This document shows positions 25,219 through 38,560 of a stretch of DNA of 64,000 nt, piece by piece. Every line of letters starts with the position of its first letter. The first letter of the stretch is position 1. The stretch comes from Takakia lepidozioides (Eukaryota > Plantae > Bryophyta). Made by a program: the position numbers and the translations under genes. The stretch lies in NCBI GenBank assembly GCA_030704615.1, contig CM060731.1, positions 79,484,001 to 79,548,000 of the forward strand, read 5' to 3'. The notes beneath the pieces were generated by a model. It had not been told where the DNA came from and searched no databases. It saw only the letters and a list, made by a program, of their open reading frames with translations.

Positions 25219-27410
25219 CCACATCATGTTTGTGTGCATTGCAATGCTTGTGCAAGCCCGGCAACCCTTGAGAAGGGTAAAGAGGTGCATGGGGATATCA
25301 TCAAAGCTGGAATTGTACCTAATGTCATTCTAAACATTGCCCTGGCAGCTCTGGAAAAGGGGAAGGAGGTCCGTGGTGACATCTTCAAAGCTGGAATTGT
25401 ACCAAATGTCATTCTGAACAATACCCTAGTGGACATGTATGCAAAATGTGGGTGCATCGGGGATGCAAAGGGAGTGTTCAACACTATGGTGGAAGAGATG
25501 TGGTGTCGTGGAGTGCGATGCTTGCAGGGTATGCACAGCAAGGATGTGGGATGGAGGCTTTGGAGACCTATGAGCAAATGATGGGGGAAGGGGTCCAGCA
25601 CGGCCACATTATGTTTGTATGCATTGCAGGCCTAGCAGCCCTGGAGAAGGGCAAAGAGGTGCATGGGAATATCATCAAAGCTGGAATTGTACCTAATGTC
25701 ATTCGAAACACTGCCCTAGCAGTTCCATGGTGACACCTTCAGAGCTGGAATTGTACCAAATGTCATTTTGAACAATACCCTAGTGGACATGTATGCAAAA
25801 TGTGGGTGCATCGAGGATGCAAAGGGAGTGTTCAACACTATGGCTGAACGAGATGCGGTGTCGTGGAGTGCGATGCTTGCAGGGTATGCACAACAGGGAC
25901 GTGGGATGGAGGCTTTGGAGATCTACGAGCAAATGATGGGGGAAGGGGTCCAGCCCGGCCACATCATGTTTGTATGCATTGTAGGCCTGACAGCCTTTGA
26001 GAAGGGTAGAGAGGTGCATGGGGATATCATCAAAGCTGGAATTGTACCTAATGTCATTCCATACACTGCCCTGGCAGCTCTGGAAAAGGGGAAGGAGGTC
26101 CGTGGTGACATCTTCAGAGCTGGAATTGTACCAAATGTCATTCTGAACAATACCCTAGTGGACATGTATGCAAAATGTGGGTGCATCGGGGATGCAAAGG
26201 GAGTGTTCAACACTATGGCTAAACGAGATGCAGTGTCATGGAGTGCGATGCTTACAGGGTATGCACAGTAGGGACGTGGGATGGAGGCTTTGGAGACCTA
26301 TGAGCAACTGAAGGGGGAAGGGGTCCAGCCCGGCCACATCATGTTTGTATGCATTGCAAGCCTGGCAGCCGTGGAGAAGGGCAAAGAGGTGCATGGGGAT
26401 ATCATCAAAGCTGGAATTGTACCTAATGTCATTCTAAACATTGCCCTGGCAGCTCTGGAAAAGGGGAAGGAGGTCCGTGGTGACATCTTCAAAGCTGGAA
26501 TTGTACCAAATGTCATTCTGAACAATACCCTAGTGGATATGTAGGCAAAATGTGGGTGCATCGGGGATGCAAAGGGAGTGTTCAACACTATGGCTGAACG
26601 AGATGTGGTGTCGTGGAGTGCGATGCTTGCAGGGTATGCACAGCAAGGACGTGGGATGGAGGCTTTGGAGACCTATGAGCAAATGATGGGGGAAGGGGTT
26701 CAGCCCGGCCACATCATGTTTGTGTGCATTGCAGGCCTGGCAGCCCTGATTTAAATCAGACACCTCAACCATACCACAGCTTCTAAAAGAGGATCAAGAG
26801 AGGGAGTCCATAATGCCTCTTCTTGCTCTTCTAGGCATGTGAAGATGCTTTGTGAGGCAGGCAGACTGAAAGAGGCTCTACAACATTTAAACCAAGGAGC
26901 ATTTCAGTCACGTTATCCAAAGTGGATTCACACCAAGTGTTTTTCTCCTCAACCCCATTGTGAACATGTCTGTTAAGTGCAGGAGCATCATGAATGCACA
27001 CCGAATGTTCAACGGAATGCCTCAACGAACTTTGATCACGTTGAATATAATGTTGGCAGGATTTAACATGGGTGTGGTAGGAATGCTTTGGAGACCTATG
27101 AGCAACTGCTGCGCAAAGGGGTGAAGCCCAACCACATCACATTTGTTTGTAATGCATGTGCAAGCCTGGGAGCTCTGGAAAAGGGCAAAGAGGTCTATGG
27201 TGACATCGTCAAATCTGGAATTGTACCCAATGTCATTCTGAACACTGCCCTGGTGGACTGCATGTATGCCAAATGTGGGTGCATCGAGGATGCAAAGGAA
27301 GTGTTTGACAGTATGGCTGAACGAGATGTGGTGTCGTGGAGTGCGATGATTGCAGGATATGCACAGCAAGGGCGCGGATGGAGGCTTTGGAGACCTATGA
27401 GCAATGATGC
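25219..27410 (+). pseudogene. Tandemly amplified degenerate PLS-PPR triplets plus a PPR N-terminal piece (Pack-CACTA cargo)
   Basis: About four ~355-385-bp units with stops and frameshifts; from ~26770 reads TASKRGSREGVHNASSCSSRHVKMLCEAGRLKEALQ, then further PPRs. Confidence 0.9.
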
Positions 27411-27420
27411 GGGAAGGGGT

Positions 27421-28178
27421 GACTCCCCGTGGAAAAATAGCTCCAAGAAACCTGCATGGGTAGATGGTCAACTGGAAGCCGCAGCAGCAGCGGCACAATT
27501 GATAAAATCAGGCAATGCTAATCAAGGCACCTTCTTCAACCCATTTCACTCTGTTTTCCCCTCTTATCAGAATCGCCATAAATTTTCATGTTTTAAAAAT
27601 TCTGCAAGTTAGCTGGTTGAGTGAACCTTTGATAAAAAGGAGTGACTTTGACATGATACTGCCAAAGTGACAATAGGAAAGTATCCAGAAATAGGTAACA
27701 GAGAGGAGAAGCTGTGGAATGAATACTTTTCTGACCCCAGTCAATGTTGGGACAACCGTCTTGGAAGGTAAATGCCTTTGGATTACAGAGTGGTAGATGC
27801 AATTGAGAATAGGAACCGGTGTGATAAGTTGAGTTGGGTGTTTGCTGGAACAAATCTAGGCTGCCATTGTCAGCTGCTAACAACAATGCAAGGATGTATG
27901 CATGATCTGTGCAGAGGCATGGATAGTTGAAGGAGCAGGGATAGAGTGTCATCCAAGAGGGCCAGATTTCAAGCTCCAGATTACTTATGATTCCCTGTGG
28001 AGGGTTAGCTACAAGAAACCTGCATGGGTAGATGGTACATAGTTTGGAGTGATTTTGACATGATACTGCCAAAGTGACAATAGGAAAGTATCCAGAAACA
28101 TGTAACAGAGATGAGGAGAAGCTGTGGAATGAATGCTTTTCTGACCGCAGTCAAGGGTGGGACAACCGAGGGAAAAAG
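27421..28178 (+). pseudogene. Tandem intron-split PDF motifs (type B), Pack-CACTA cargo
   Basis: KKPAWVDGQL...EKLWNEYFSDPSQCWDNR|GT(27768)...HPRGPDFKLQITYDSLWRVSYKKPAWVDG...EEKLWNECFSDRSQGWDNRGKK|GT(28179). Confidence 0.8.
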
Positions 28179-28959
28179 GTGAATGTCTATTAGATTACAG
28201 AGAGTAGGAGACGCAACTCAGCATAGACACTAAGGCAAACTCTCCTCCCCTGCAAAGGGTGTGTTTTGGTATCTGAACGAATAAATATAATTTTTAAAAA
28301 CATAATTTCAATATTTTGTTATTTAATAATGTTCTCATCCAGGCCACTGTCCATTTTTCCTATAATAATAATAATAATAAATTAAATCCATTAATATTCA
28401 AACTTAATATTGGAAAGCAAATAATAATTAATTAATGTGTACCACCACACATGAACGAACACGTGTTGCATAGTGACTTGTCGAAGGTGTGAAATATGAC
28501 ACGTGTCGTATAGTGGCTTGTTCAAGGTGTGAAATCCACCGTGAAACATGCCACACTGGCCTTTTTCACACTCTGCCATGTCAGCTATGCCATCGGCCAT
28601 GTCAGTGGCCATGTCACCATGCACCCCATGAAAAAAGCCCACCCATGGAAAAAGCCTCCCGTGGAAAAAGCCACCCATGGACTTTTCCACAGGGCCACCC
28701 GAGAGCCAGGCCGTCCACGGGGTGTCCAAAAGCACTAGTCGTTCCTTACACCCACGGCAGGTGTGGACTGCGGCTGATTCCACAGCAAAAAGTGTGGAAA
28801 AAGCCGTGGAAAAAGCCGGTTTCTCTTCTAGTGCCTCTACACCAATGGGCCTCCATGCAACATGTTGCTTCCAATGTTTCTGAAGCCACTACAGGCGGGC
28901 TCGTTTATCATCATTAACGTTATTTACAACTTTTGCTTCACGACTGGGACATTCCTACT

Positions 28960-29460
28960 ATATCAAGCTGAGGAGACAATTAGACTACTCAAAAGACTCG
29001 TGTCAGGCCCACAAACTGTACTACGAACGATCTGAGAACCACTTTTTGAGTTACAATGATGGTCGACCTCTGTATCAACTCTACCGACCTCTGCATCAGC
29101 TGAATGCCGAGCATCAAGCCGATACCACTACCCCCCCCCCCCCCCCCCTCTCTGGAGGCAGTCTCGCCTCTTAGTTTTAACGTCCTCCACAACTCTCACC
29201 AGCCCCTGGATGGAGTACACAACATCAATCCTCTTACACCAAGATGAGGGGCCAAGTTTCTTCCAGCGTGACGCTCCAAACCCACCAGGTTCCTCCTTAT
29301 CACCATCCCTATACATGCTACTTGCCCCATAATATCACACTTATGTGTTCATATGTCTACTCGGGCTATATCCCTCTAGAGGGGCCACAAAGGCCCCCAT
29401 CTGTACTCTCTCTTTCCACCCTATCTTTAGGTAATATTGTAAAACCCTTTGTTTCTTAAT
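28960..29460 (-). mobile_element. Probable LTR-retrotransposon PPT/LTR remnant
   Basis: Minus-strand AGAGAG plus long G run (PPT-like, ~29130-29153) followed by non-coding LTR-like sequence; no coding support. Confidence 0.3.
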
Positions 29461-31140
29461 ACCCTATTTTTTATATAAAAAATTTGCAACAATTAATGAG
29501 ACCATATTTTAAATTATCTCCAACATACCAGCAGGGAATATGGCTCAACTGAGAGACTGTAATGATTACAGCTACACCGTGAAGGGTTAAGCTCCAAGCC
29601 GCAAGCAAATAAACCATGCGCACGACACCATCGCCCTAATCCTGAAAGATGGATAAAAGAAGTTTTGAGAAGATTTCATCCTGATGGATTAGAGTTGGAT
29701 GAAATATGAGGGATGGATACATTATACTATAGGTAAAACCCTTTATTACATTAATTTTTTTAAGGAAAACTTTGGATTTTTTGTGACATTAAAAAAAAAA
29801 ATGGGTGAAATGATATTGCCTTACCGTATTTTTTAAGTAAACATTTTCTAAAATTTACCTCAAAAGAATAAACTGCACCCTATATTTGTTCTCACGTGGT
29901 TTTGAAAATACGGGGAGTGACCCCCCCCAAGGGTCGACTGGTACGACTGACTTATCCTGGATATTGCCTCATACTCTTCACCTCCCACCATCCCCTCCAC
30001 CCAGATGAGGTATGATACTGCTGTTGCTCACCACTGCCAACCCACTAGGTACCTCTCTCCTCCCACTCTTGCCTCAAATGACTGGTTGCGTTATACTACT
30101 TTCCCAATCCCTAATTGTGCCATTCTGCATCTACTTCCCCTCAACATTTTTTTGCCCTGCTTTGGCTTTATCTCATCTCCTATCAACATCCTGCAGACGA
30201 GCACTCACTGTCTGTATCTCCCTACCTTGGCACCTTTGCCCTCATTTCTATCTCTCTGTCATTGCTCACTCTCTCACTCCCTCGTCCCACTAGAAGCATT
30301 CGTGTCATTTACCACTAGGGTAACGATTCATTTTGAGTCGTAAAAGTCAAAAAACTGGGATCGACTGGAAGTTACAACAGACTAGTTACAATAGACGTGG
30401 TAGTTGGGTTGGACATCCAATGATTGGAGTGGTAAGGACGCAGACGCGCGAACAAGTGCTCAGCGATTAATGCGATTAATACTGAAGAACCACGTGGCGT
30501 AACCAGGCGGGCCGCCCGTGTGTCTGACCTTTTGGGCTGACTTTGACTTTTCCCTCCGGATGAGTGGACCGACTCACTGAAGCGCGGTGACACATGGACG
30601 CGGACGTGGACGACGATGTGGATGGCGACGTGGCGGCGCCACGACGTGCACCACTGCTGTCACGTGGCCACGGGCCCGGGGCGCCACGTGGTAGTAGACC
30701 ACATAACTTGCAGTGCTACATGCCCAGTGGCAATTGCGACTGCGGAAGTTGGCGCAACCACTGCTTTACTACTTTACATGAAGTGCTCAAAGTACTTGAA
30801 CAATCATTCATAGTGATTCATGCTTTGGAGTTTTGGTGTTTGTAGTGAGTCGACTAGTAATGCCATACAAGAGAACTAATCATGCATTAGAAATGTACAA
30901 ACGATGAAAGACATGCCATGAAACAAAATGAAATGAAAATGAATGAAATGAAACAAAATGGTACTTTATTACATCTGCGGAAAGCTCAAAGAGCTTATGG
31001 GACAAAATGAAAAACACAAAGTAAAAAAACAGCCCAAAAGCTACTGCTGCTCTGGGGATTGCCTAAGGGTCAAGGCCTCGTGCAAGTCAAGCAGTTCTGA
31101 TCCTCATAATGCAAGACTTCAGTGAGTTCCACGGAATAGA

Positions 31141-32215
31141 CCATCTACCCATGGAGGTTTCTTGTAGTTATTGATCCACAGGGAATCATAGGTAAATCTT
31201 TTGCTTGAAATTTGGCCCTCTAGGATGAATCTGGACCACACTCTATCCCTGCTCCTTCAACTATCCATGCCCCTGCACAAATCATGCATTCATCCTTGCC
31301 TTGCTGCTAGTAGCTGACAATGACAACCTACATTTGTTCTAGGAAACACCCAACTCAGCTTATCACACTAGTTCCTATGCTCAATTGCGTCTGCTACTCT
31401 CTGAAATGTAGCAGGCATTCACCTTTTTGCCTCGGTTGTCCCATCATTGACTGGGGGTAGAAAAGTATTCATTCCACAGCTTCTCCTCATGTCTATTACT
31501 TGTTTTTTGATACTTTCATGTTGTCACATAGCAGTATCATGTCAAAGTCACTCCAAACTAGATTCACTCAACCAGTTAACTTGCATAATTCAACATGGAA
31601 ATTTTGGACCGATTCTAATAAGAGGGAAAAACAGGGTGAAATGTGCTGAAGAAGATGCCTTCATTAACAATGTCTGATTTTATCAATTGTGCCGTTGCTG
31701 CCAGTTGACCATCTACCCATGCAGGTTTCTTGTAGCTTCATAGTTAATCTGGAGCTTGAAGTCTGGCCCTCTTGGGTGAATCTGCACCCACACTCTATCC
31801 TTGCTCCTTCAACTATCCATGCCTCGCACGCATCATGCATACAACCTTGCCTTGTTGCTAGCAGTTGACGATGACAGCCTAGACTTGTTCTAGGAAGCAC
31901 CCAACTCAACTTATCACACTAGTTCCTACGCTCAATTGCATCTGCTACTCTCTATAATCCAACAAACATTCACCTTCTTGCCTCGATTGTCCCACCATTG
32001 GGGTAAGAAAAATATTCATTCCACAACTTCTCCTCGTCTGTGTTACCTGTTTCTGATACTTTCCTGTTGTCACATTGGCAGAATCATGTCAAAGTCACTC
32101 CAAACTATCAAAGCTTCACTCAACCAGCTAACTTGCAGAATTCAGACATAAATAATTAGGGGCGATTCTGATAAGAGGGGAAAACAAGGTGAAATTGAAG
32201 AAGGTGCCTTCATTA
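31141..32215 (-). pseudogene. Two tandem intron-split PDF (type B) repeats
   Basis: WDNRGKK|GT(31973)..AG|IHPRGPDFKLQ..YKKPAWVDGQL-linker-EEKLWNEYFS.PSQ*WDNRGKK|GT(31422)..AG|IHPRGPNFKQK..SLWINNYKKPPWVDG; ~190-bp introns conserved between repeats. Confidence 0.82.
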
Positions 32216-32224
32216 GCAGTCATT

Positions 32225-32380
32225 ACACTCTATCCTTCGCTCAGCCATATTGTTGAACACTCCCTGTCCACAAGGGTATTGTTCAGAATGACATCTGCCA
32301 CAATTCCAGCTTTGACGATGCAACCATGGACCTCTTTGCCCTTCCCCAGCAGGCTCGCACATGCACTACAAACGCAAACA
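32225..32380 (-). pseudogene. PLS-PPR fragment
   Basis: CVCSACASLLGKGKEVHGCIVKAGIVADVILNNTLVD. Confidence 0.8.
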
Positions 32381-34979
32381 ACTGGTTGTGGCAAACTGGG
32401 AGCAATATGTGTGAGAAGAAACCACTTATACAAATCTACAGCTTACAGGCTGTCTCTATCCTCAAAATTGGCACATATATTGCCCTAGACACACATTGCC
32501 CTAACTGCCATCCCCCAAGATGCTACCCCCACCAGACTTCTCTCATTTGGGTCCTTGCAAGGCTGACTTCCAGCTTTGACCCTGTGCATGGGGCCTATCG
32601 GACAACATACACCAGCAAGCCCTCCCCCTATCCTGCATCAACTCATCTCAGTCTTATCAACTGCACAACGTATGATGGGAGTGAGTGCAACATGGGAAAG
32701 AGCCACAACACATGATGAGCTGTAGGGAAGAAGCAACATCGTGCAAGTAAAGCAAATGATGAAGCAGAAAGACGAGGCAACATGGGAGAAGGGAAAATGG
32801 GGTCCAAGGGCTGAGAAGGTCAACTGGTCAACAATGAGGAACTGACTCTGGAGCACTATGTTGATGATTAAAGGGAGCAGCAAATACATGTGGGGCATCG
32901 CAACAAAGTGCATGAAAATGAGGGTCAGAATAGTGCAAGAAAGACTCCACGGATGGTGGGCAGCCAAGGGAGATGTAGTGAGACAAGGCACTCATGGCAA
33001 GGGAGCTGCCAAGACAAAACTGTTGATTAGGCTACGGAGAAAAAGGAAAGCACAAGATCAACTACGAGGAAAAGTAGCAATTCAAGCATGGGAGCTGCTG
33101 CTAAAACATGAGGAGGAAGACATACGAGGTGAAGCATCAAGGGAACCAGTAGGAGATGAGGAAGATGGAGCACACTTTCTTGTCAAAGGTTGGCGGCGAA
33201 GAATGCAACCCAGCAATCAGAAAGTGAGGCACCCGAGGCTGGACTGCTGCAAAGAGGTACAAAGACAGGAGCTGAGAATGAGATGTTGTCTTTCATTGAA
33301 GTTCCCCACACAAGGGCTGTTTGGCAAGCAAAACCCCAGGCAAGGATGAGAGGTGAATTTGGGATAAAACCAGCAGCTGGGAGTGAGGAAAGACACAAGG
33401 AAGGGCAGCAATACCTTGTCAAATCTGACGGTGATGGCTGGAGAAAATTAAACAAGGACTGGAAGTATGGGAGCAGCAATCGCATGAAGAAAAATCTGTC
33501 TGAGAGGCTGAAGAGTGAAAGGGAGGAAGACAGGCACCTTGCTTATGAAAAATGGAAGGGCAGGGTAGAAAACCTGATGCCTGAAATTGATGGGAGCTCG
33601 TGGGATACTCTGCCAAGAAGACTCCAATCAGCTGTTGCCAACAATCGGACCAGTGAAAGATCGCCCTTGGCTGGCGCAACACCACAAAATAAGTGCAGCC
33701 CTGATAGCATGGTGAGTGGGGCACCAACAGAGCCAGAAAATGAGGGAGAAGGAGGAGACTTCCCTGCCAAGAAAGTCAATGCGGGCCTGCAGTGGCATGC
33801 AAGGAAAGGGACACCGTAAGTGTTGCCAACAGATGTAAATCAGTGCTCATTCATTCGAAAGCACCACGAGAGATGAGGAAAAGACACCTGCAGGGACGTT
33901 GAAGCATAAAAGAGGAGAGCACTTCACTTGGGAAGAAAGTGAAGCATTGGAGAATGAGGCTGATGACTGGCAGTCTGAAAAGGAAAGGCGGTTGTGGGAA
34001 ACCCTGCCAAGACCCAAGACAACCATATAGAGAGAATCAAGCAGGTGGGAACTGCCCTTCATTGGGGTGGTGCAAACAAGAGCAAGACCAGAAGCTGAAC
34101 CACATGAGAAGATAGTGTGTCATCACAGATGGAGACCCTGGAAAATGCTCTGCCCAGGAGATGAAGAACATTAGGCAACTAGAAACGTGGGGGGCTGAAT
34201 ATGCTCTGCAGTCAACTTGGCTTGTTGAATGCTTGCATAAGAGATGAGGGGTTGCTGTCAGTACACGACATTGAGTTCATCAAATCCTACAACAGCCCAC
34301 CATCGCTGCCCACTGCTTACAAGATGCCACAAAAACAGTTTCACAGGACTTACAGATGATTGGTGGAAGGTAAGGCCTCTCGCCATGGGCCAGATTAATT
34401 GTATGTTGCAGCCCAGAACAACGACGGGAAGTCATCGAGGGCAGCAAACCCCATCTTGGCAGCGTCTTTTGTGTGAGAGAAGTCAAGCTGAACCTGCTCA
34501 TCATATCGAGTGGGATGGACCAGATGTAAAGCTGCCAAGCCAACCACACTCATATTCGCACTCAAGCAACATAAGCTGGAGCCATTTTCAGATTAGAAGT
34601 ACCCGTGTTTTAAGAATACTCCTTCTTCAACTTGCGGTGAATGGGCAGAAAACTTCACAATGTGCAGTAGATTAATGGACCAAGATGCGGAGCTGAATTG
34701 GGTATCCAATTAGGCAATGCTGGTTTCAAAACCCCGTTCCATCCCTGCGTTTCGAAGATCTGGCTTGAATGGGCACACTCCGGCAGTGGAAGGCTCACGG
34801 AGTAATGAGTTTGGGCTAATATGCATGCTGACATGCCATGCCGGTGCAAAGAACAACGTTCTGAGTGGCGATTGTGATCTCAAAATCTGCCCCTGCATTC
34901 AAGCTGATTTCTCTCTCGAGCAGAGCCGCCTTGCGGATGTTCCAGCCAGTGTCCAAAAACAGCTCAAGTGCAAGACAAC

Positions 34980-36150
34980 AACATCAGCAAGGCATGGTTA
35001 GCTAAACAAGGTCATGGTGGAGATGCATTTGAACTCTCTGAACGTAATGTGGTCGGACTTCACCCCCTCCCACATCAACTGCTCATAGGTCTCCAAAACC
35101 TGCAATCCCCGCCCCTGTTGTGCATGTCCTGCGATCATCATTTTCCACGACACCACATTTCGCTCAGCCATATTGTTGAACACTCCCTATCTAGAAGGGT
35201 ATTCATGTTCAGAATGACATCTACCATAATTCCAGCTTTGACGATGCAACCATGGACCTCTTTGCCCTTCTCCAACAGGCTCGCATATGCACTACAAACA
35301 CAAACAAACGTAATGTGCTCGGGCTTCACCCCCTAGACCCACATCATTTGCTCATAGGTCTCCAAAACCCGCAATCCCCGCCCATGTTGTGCATGTTCTG
35401 CGATCATCACGTTCCACCACACCACATTTCGCTCAGCCATATTGTTAAACACTCCTTGTCCACAAGAGAATGCTCCCACGTTTGGCATACATGTCGACAA
35501 GGTATTGTTACATTTGGTACAGTTCCAGCTTTGATAATGTCACGATGGACCTCTTTGCCCTTTACCAAGTCTCCAGGGCTGCCAGGTTTGCACATGTATT
35601 GCAAACACAAATGAACGTGACCCGGTCAGGCTGCACCTCTTCTCAACATTTGCTCATATGTCTCCAATGCCCTCATCCCGCACACATGCTGGCCATATCT
35701 TGCGAGATTCAGTGTGTTCCTTGAGACAACATCTTGTTCAGCCATGTTATCAAACTCTTCCTTCGCAACTTCTTAGGTCTCCAAAGCCTCCATCCCACGT
35801 CCCTGCTGTGCATACCCTGCAAGCATCGCACTCCACGACACTACATCTCGGCAAAACAGGCTGAAATAGCTCGAAGAAAAAGGTGCCCTCACCACATTGT
35901 CCTCTACCTTGTGTCATGACCCATTGCGGATTAGACTGACCATGAACCCAAGAAGACCTCTTGTGCATGCTGCTTGTATCTCTAGTCAGGTAATGTGGGA
36001 TTGGTTCGTAAGAACCACCACGGTGTAGCTGAGCGGGCAGAGATTAAAATATGGGTTGCTAAGACCAAGCTGATTCCCCCAAGAACCTTGTGATCATCAG
36101 GAAGAATACCAAATCATGGTACAAAGGGGAGCCAAGAGCCCACATTTGCA
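34980..36150 (-). pseudogene. PDF type A half-exon followed by degenerate PLS-PPR repeats
   Basis: 36010-35860 reads TNPTLPD*RYKQ..(fs)WVHGQSNPQWV; 35850-34980 has PPR motifs with many frameshifts. Confidence 0.8.
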
Positions 36151-37779
36151 CATAATGCGCCCTTGACGCCATAAATGCTTGCAACAACAGGACATGGGCC
36201 TCGATTTGGTCTTCGTCCTTCTCGCATCACTTGTTCGTCTCTCTCTCAAGCCTCCATCCCTCTCCCAACACTTAGACAAATTCAGGCAAAGGACAAAGTT
36301 ACTCTTCCACCCTTAGATTATTTTACATCCGACGATTAGAACAATCTCTACGAGCCACACAAGCCCTAAAATACATTAAAATATTCCACGTCATGAGCCA
36401 TGTGGAGCACTTATAAAAATTCCATTTTTGAATAGGGTGTGCAATGAATGCCTAGTTGTTAAGAGTCGTTCTCTAGTGCTTAAAACCACTTGTAATTGTT
36501 GTTTTTAAAAAAAAAACAATTACGTAATTGAATTAAATCGTCGCGAATATTGTGCTGACTGCGGAGTCATTGATGCAACTTCTATCCGCCATTAGAAATG
36601 TGAATTTATCCGTTACGACTGTGCAGTAGTAACAAACATCTCAAAGTTGTTCCCTCAGTGGTTTTGGACATGCAGTCGATTCGGAAAAGACACGAATGCT
36701 TCTAGTGGATCCCACTCAATTTCTCCGTCACCCAAGCAGGAACATTACTATCACTGGCACACCCTCCTACCCATTACACCCCCATCTCACATATGGAATG
36801 TCTCTCTCTCTTGGCAGGCTGCAAGCCCCCTGTTGGCTGAAGACTTCATCTCGATCGGAGCCTGGATCTCTCCTCCACTCAACTGGACTCCCCCGATATC
36901 CTCTACTAGCACCCACGACGCCTGCTAACATTCTCTATTAATTACTGGAGTAATTTTCTTGCTATGGTTATCTAGGCGTTATCTAGCCTTGAGGCATATT
37001 ATTTTTTTAACCTTTAACCCCTAAAGGCCTATAGCTTTATTGATCGTTGACTACAAAATCTGCACCCTGGCCACCTTTTTATTTGTTACTAAGATAGGGC
37101 CCTCACCTAAAAAGGGGCAGTAGCCGCAAGACGAAGTGGCTCTTAGTTACGCCGGCTTCGGCCAGAGTCATCTCTCTCTCTCTCTCTTTGTTACTAATAT
37201 TGTGCTAACATTTAAACAACTTGACCGTTCAATCATGTTCCTAACTATATCGCTTACCTCCACCTCTAATTTTATTATTTGTTTCAATAAGAATTGGAAT
37301 CTTATAACCATTTTGTCAACATGAAAATCTTTTGCAACCTATGCAAAATAGGAAAACAAAATCACAGATCTTATCGAAATTCCTAAGTGGCTGATCCGAT
37401 TGAACCCAATTTCCATAAAAATCTCATGATTTTGGGCAGTTCTCCTAATTATTTTACAATTTTTTGGACACGATTTGGGTATACTCCTTTGTAGTGATCC
37501 GTAGGGGAGTCAACACTTGCAATTCCAACACTTTGCCACTTTTTTTATTGGCTCCTCCCTATAGGAGAGACCACGCATTGGTGCCAAAAATGAGTAAGAT
37601 CCTGATATAAATGAGTCATTCCGAAAAGGCACTTCCACTGCTATCTGATTTTGAGCCCAAAACTGATGCATAACTGTTTATAAAGATACTAGCCCTGCTC
37701 TGCACAAAACCACCTCTGTCGCGGACCATAGGAGGGGCAGATGAGAGGAGACGAATGGGGCTGAAATCTGGCTGGTCTT

Positions 37780-38560
37780 CTGAGCTGGAATTAAGCTCCA
37801 ACAAGGGCTGGGAATTAAGGTGGCGTTAATGCCGAGCCTGTTTCCTCTACGAACATGGCTGTTCGCCAAGGCTTTTATTTAGTTTTTATTGTTTTTATTG
37901 TTTTTGGGGTGAATTGTCATGTTCCAACAGGGGCTTGGAATTAAGGTGTCGTTGACGACACCTTAATCCGGCACATTCGGAAGGGGAAAAAAAAAAAAAA
38001 AAAAAAAAAAACTAATTTTATTTATTTAAATCACCTCCCACCTTTATCTGGTTGGTTTTGTGGGTTGGAATTAAGCTCTAACAGCGGCTGGGAATCAACG
38101 ACACCTTGATTTGTTGGAACATGACAATTCATCTGGTTGGTCTTTTGGGCTAGAATTAATCTCTAACAGGGGCTGGGAATTAAGGTGTCGTTGACAACAC
38201 CTTAATCTGGCACAATCAGAGGGATTTATTATAATAATAATAATAATTATTATTATTATTTCCTCCGAATGTGCCAGATTAAGGTGTTGTCAACGACACC
38301 TTAATTCCGGCTAGTCCCTGGTGGAACATGACAATTCACCTGCCACCTTAATCTGGTTGGTCTTCTGGGCTGGAATTAAGCTCTAACAGGGGCTGGGAAT
38401 TAAGGTGGCGTTGACGCCACCTTAATGCCGAGCCCGTTTCTTCTACGAACATGGCTCCTTGCCAAGGCTTTTATTTTATTTTTATTTTTATTTTTGGTTT
38501 TTGGGGTGAATTGTCATGTTCCTTGTGAGGGCTGCGAATGACGCCACCTTAATGCCCAAC
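37780..38560. repeat. Second array of 28-bp palindromic units
   Basis: ATTAAGGTG(G/T)CGTTGACG(C/A)CACCTTAAT-type units at 37940, 38179, 38278 (inverted) and 38399, plus partial copies; 38178-38306 forms a ~130-bp imperfect foldback. Confidence 0.88.

Larger units (their letters stand above)
23922..28833. mobile_element. Non-autonomous Pack-CACTA (En/Spm) element, 4.9 kb
   Basis: Perfect 32-bp TIRs CACTAGAAGAGAAACCGGCTTTTTCCACGGCT (23922-23953 and 28802-28833); 3-bp TSD CCT; subterminal CCRTGGAAAAAG repeats; no transposase; carries PPR/PDF cargo. Confidence 0.93.

Noticed and set aside
30595-30695. Cluster of ACGTGG/G-box motifs as an ABA-responsive enhancer
   Set aside because: No adjacent intact gene; similar repeats lie inside the element at 61120-61200, so they are probably transposon-borne.
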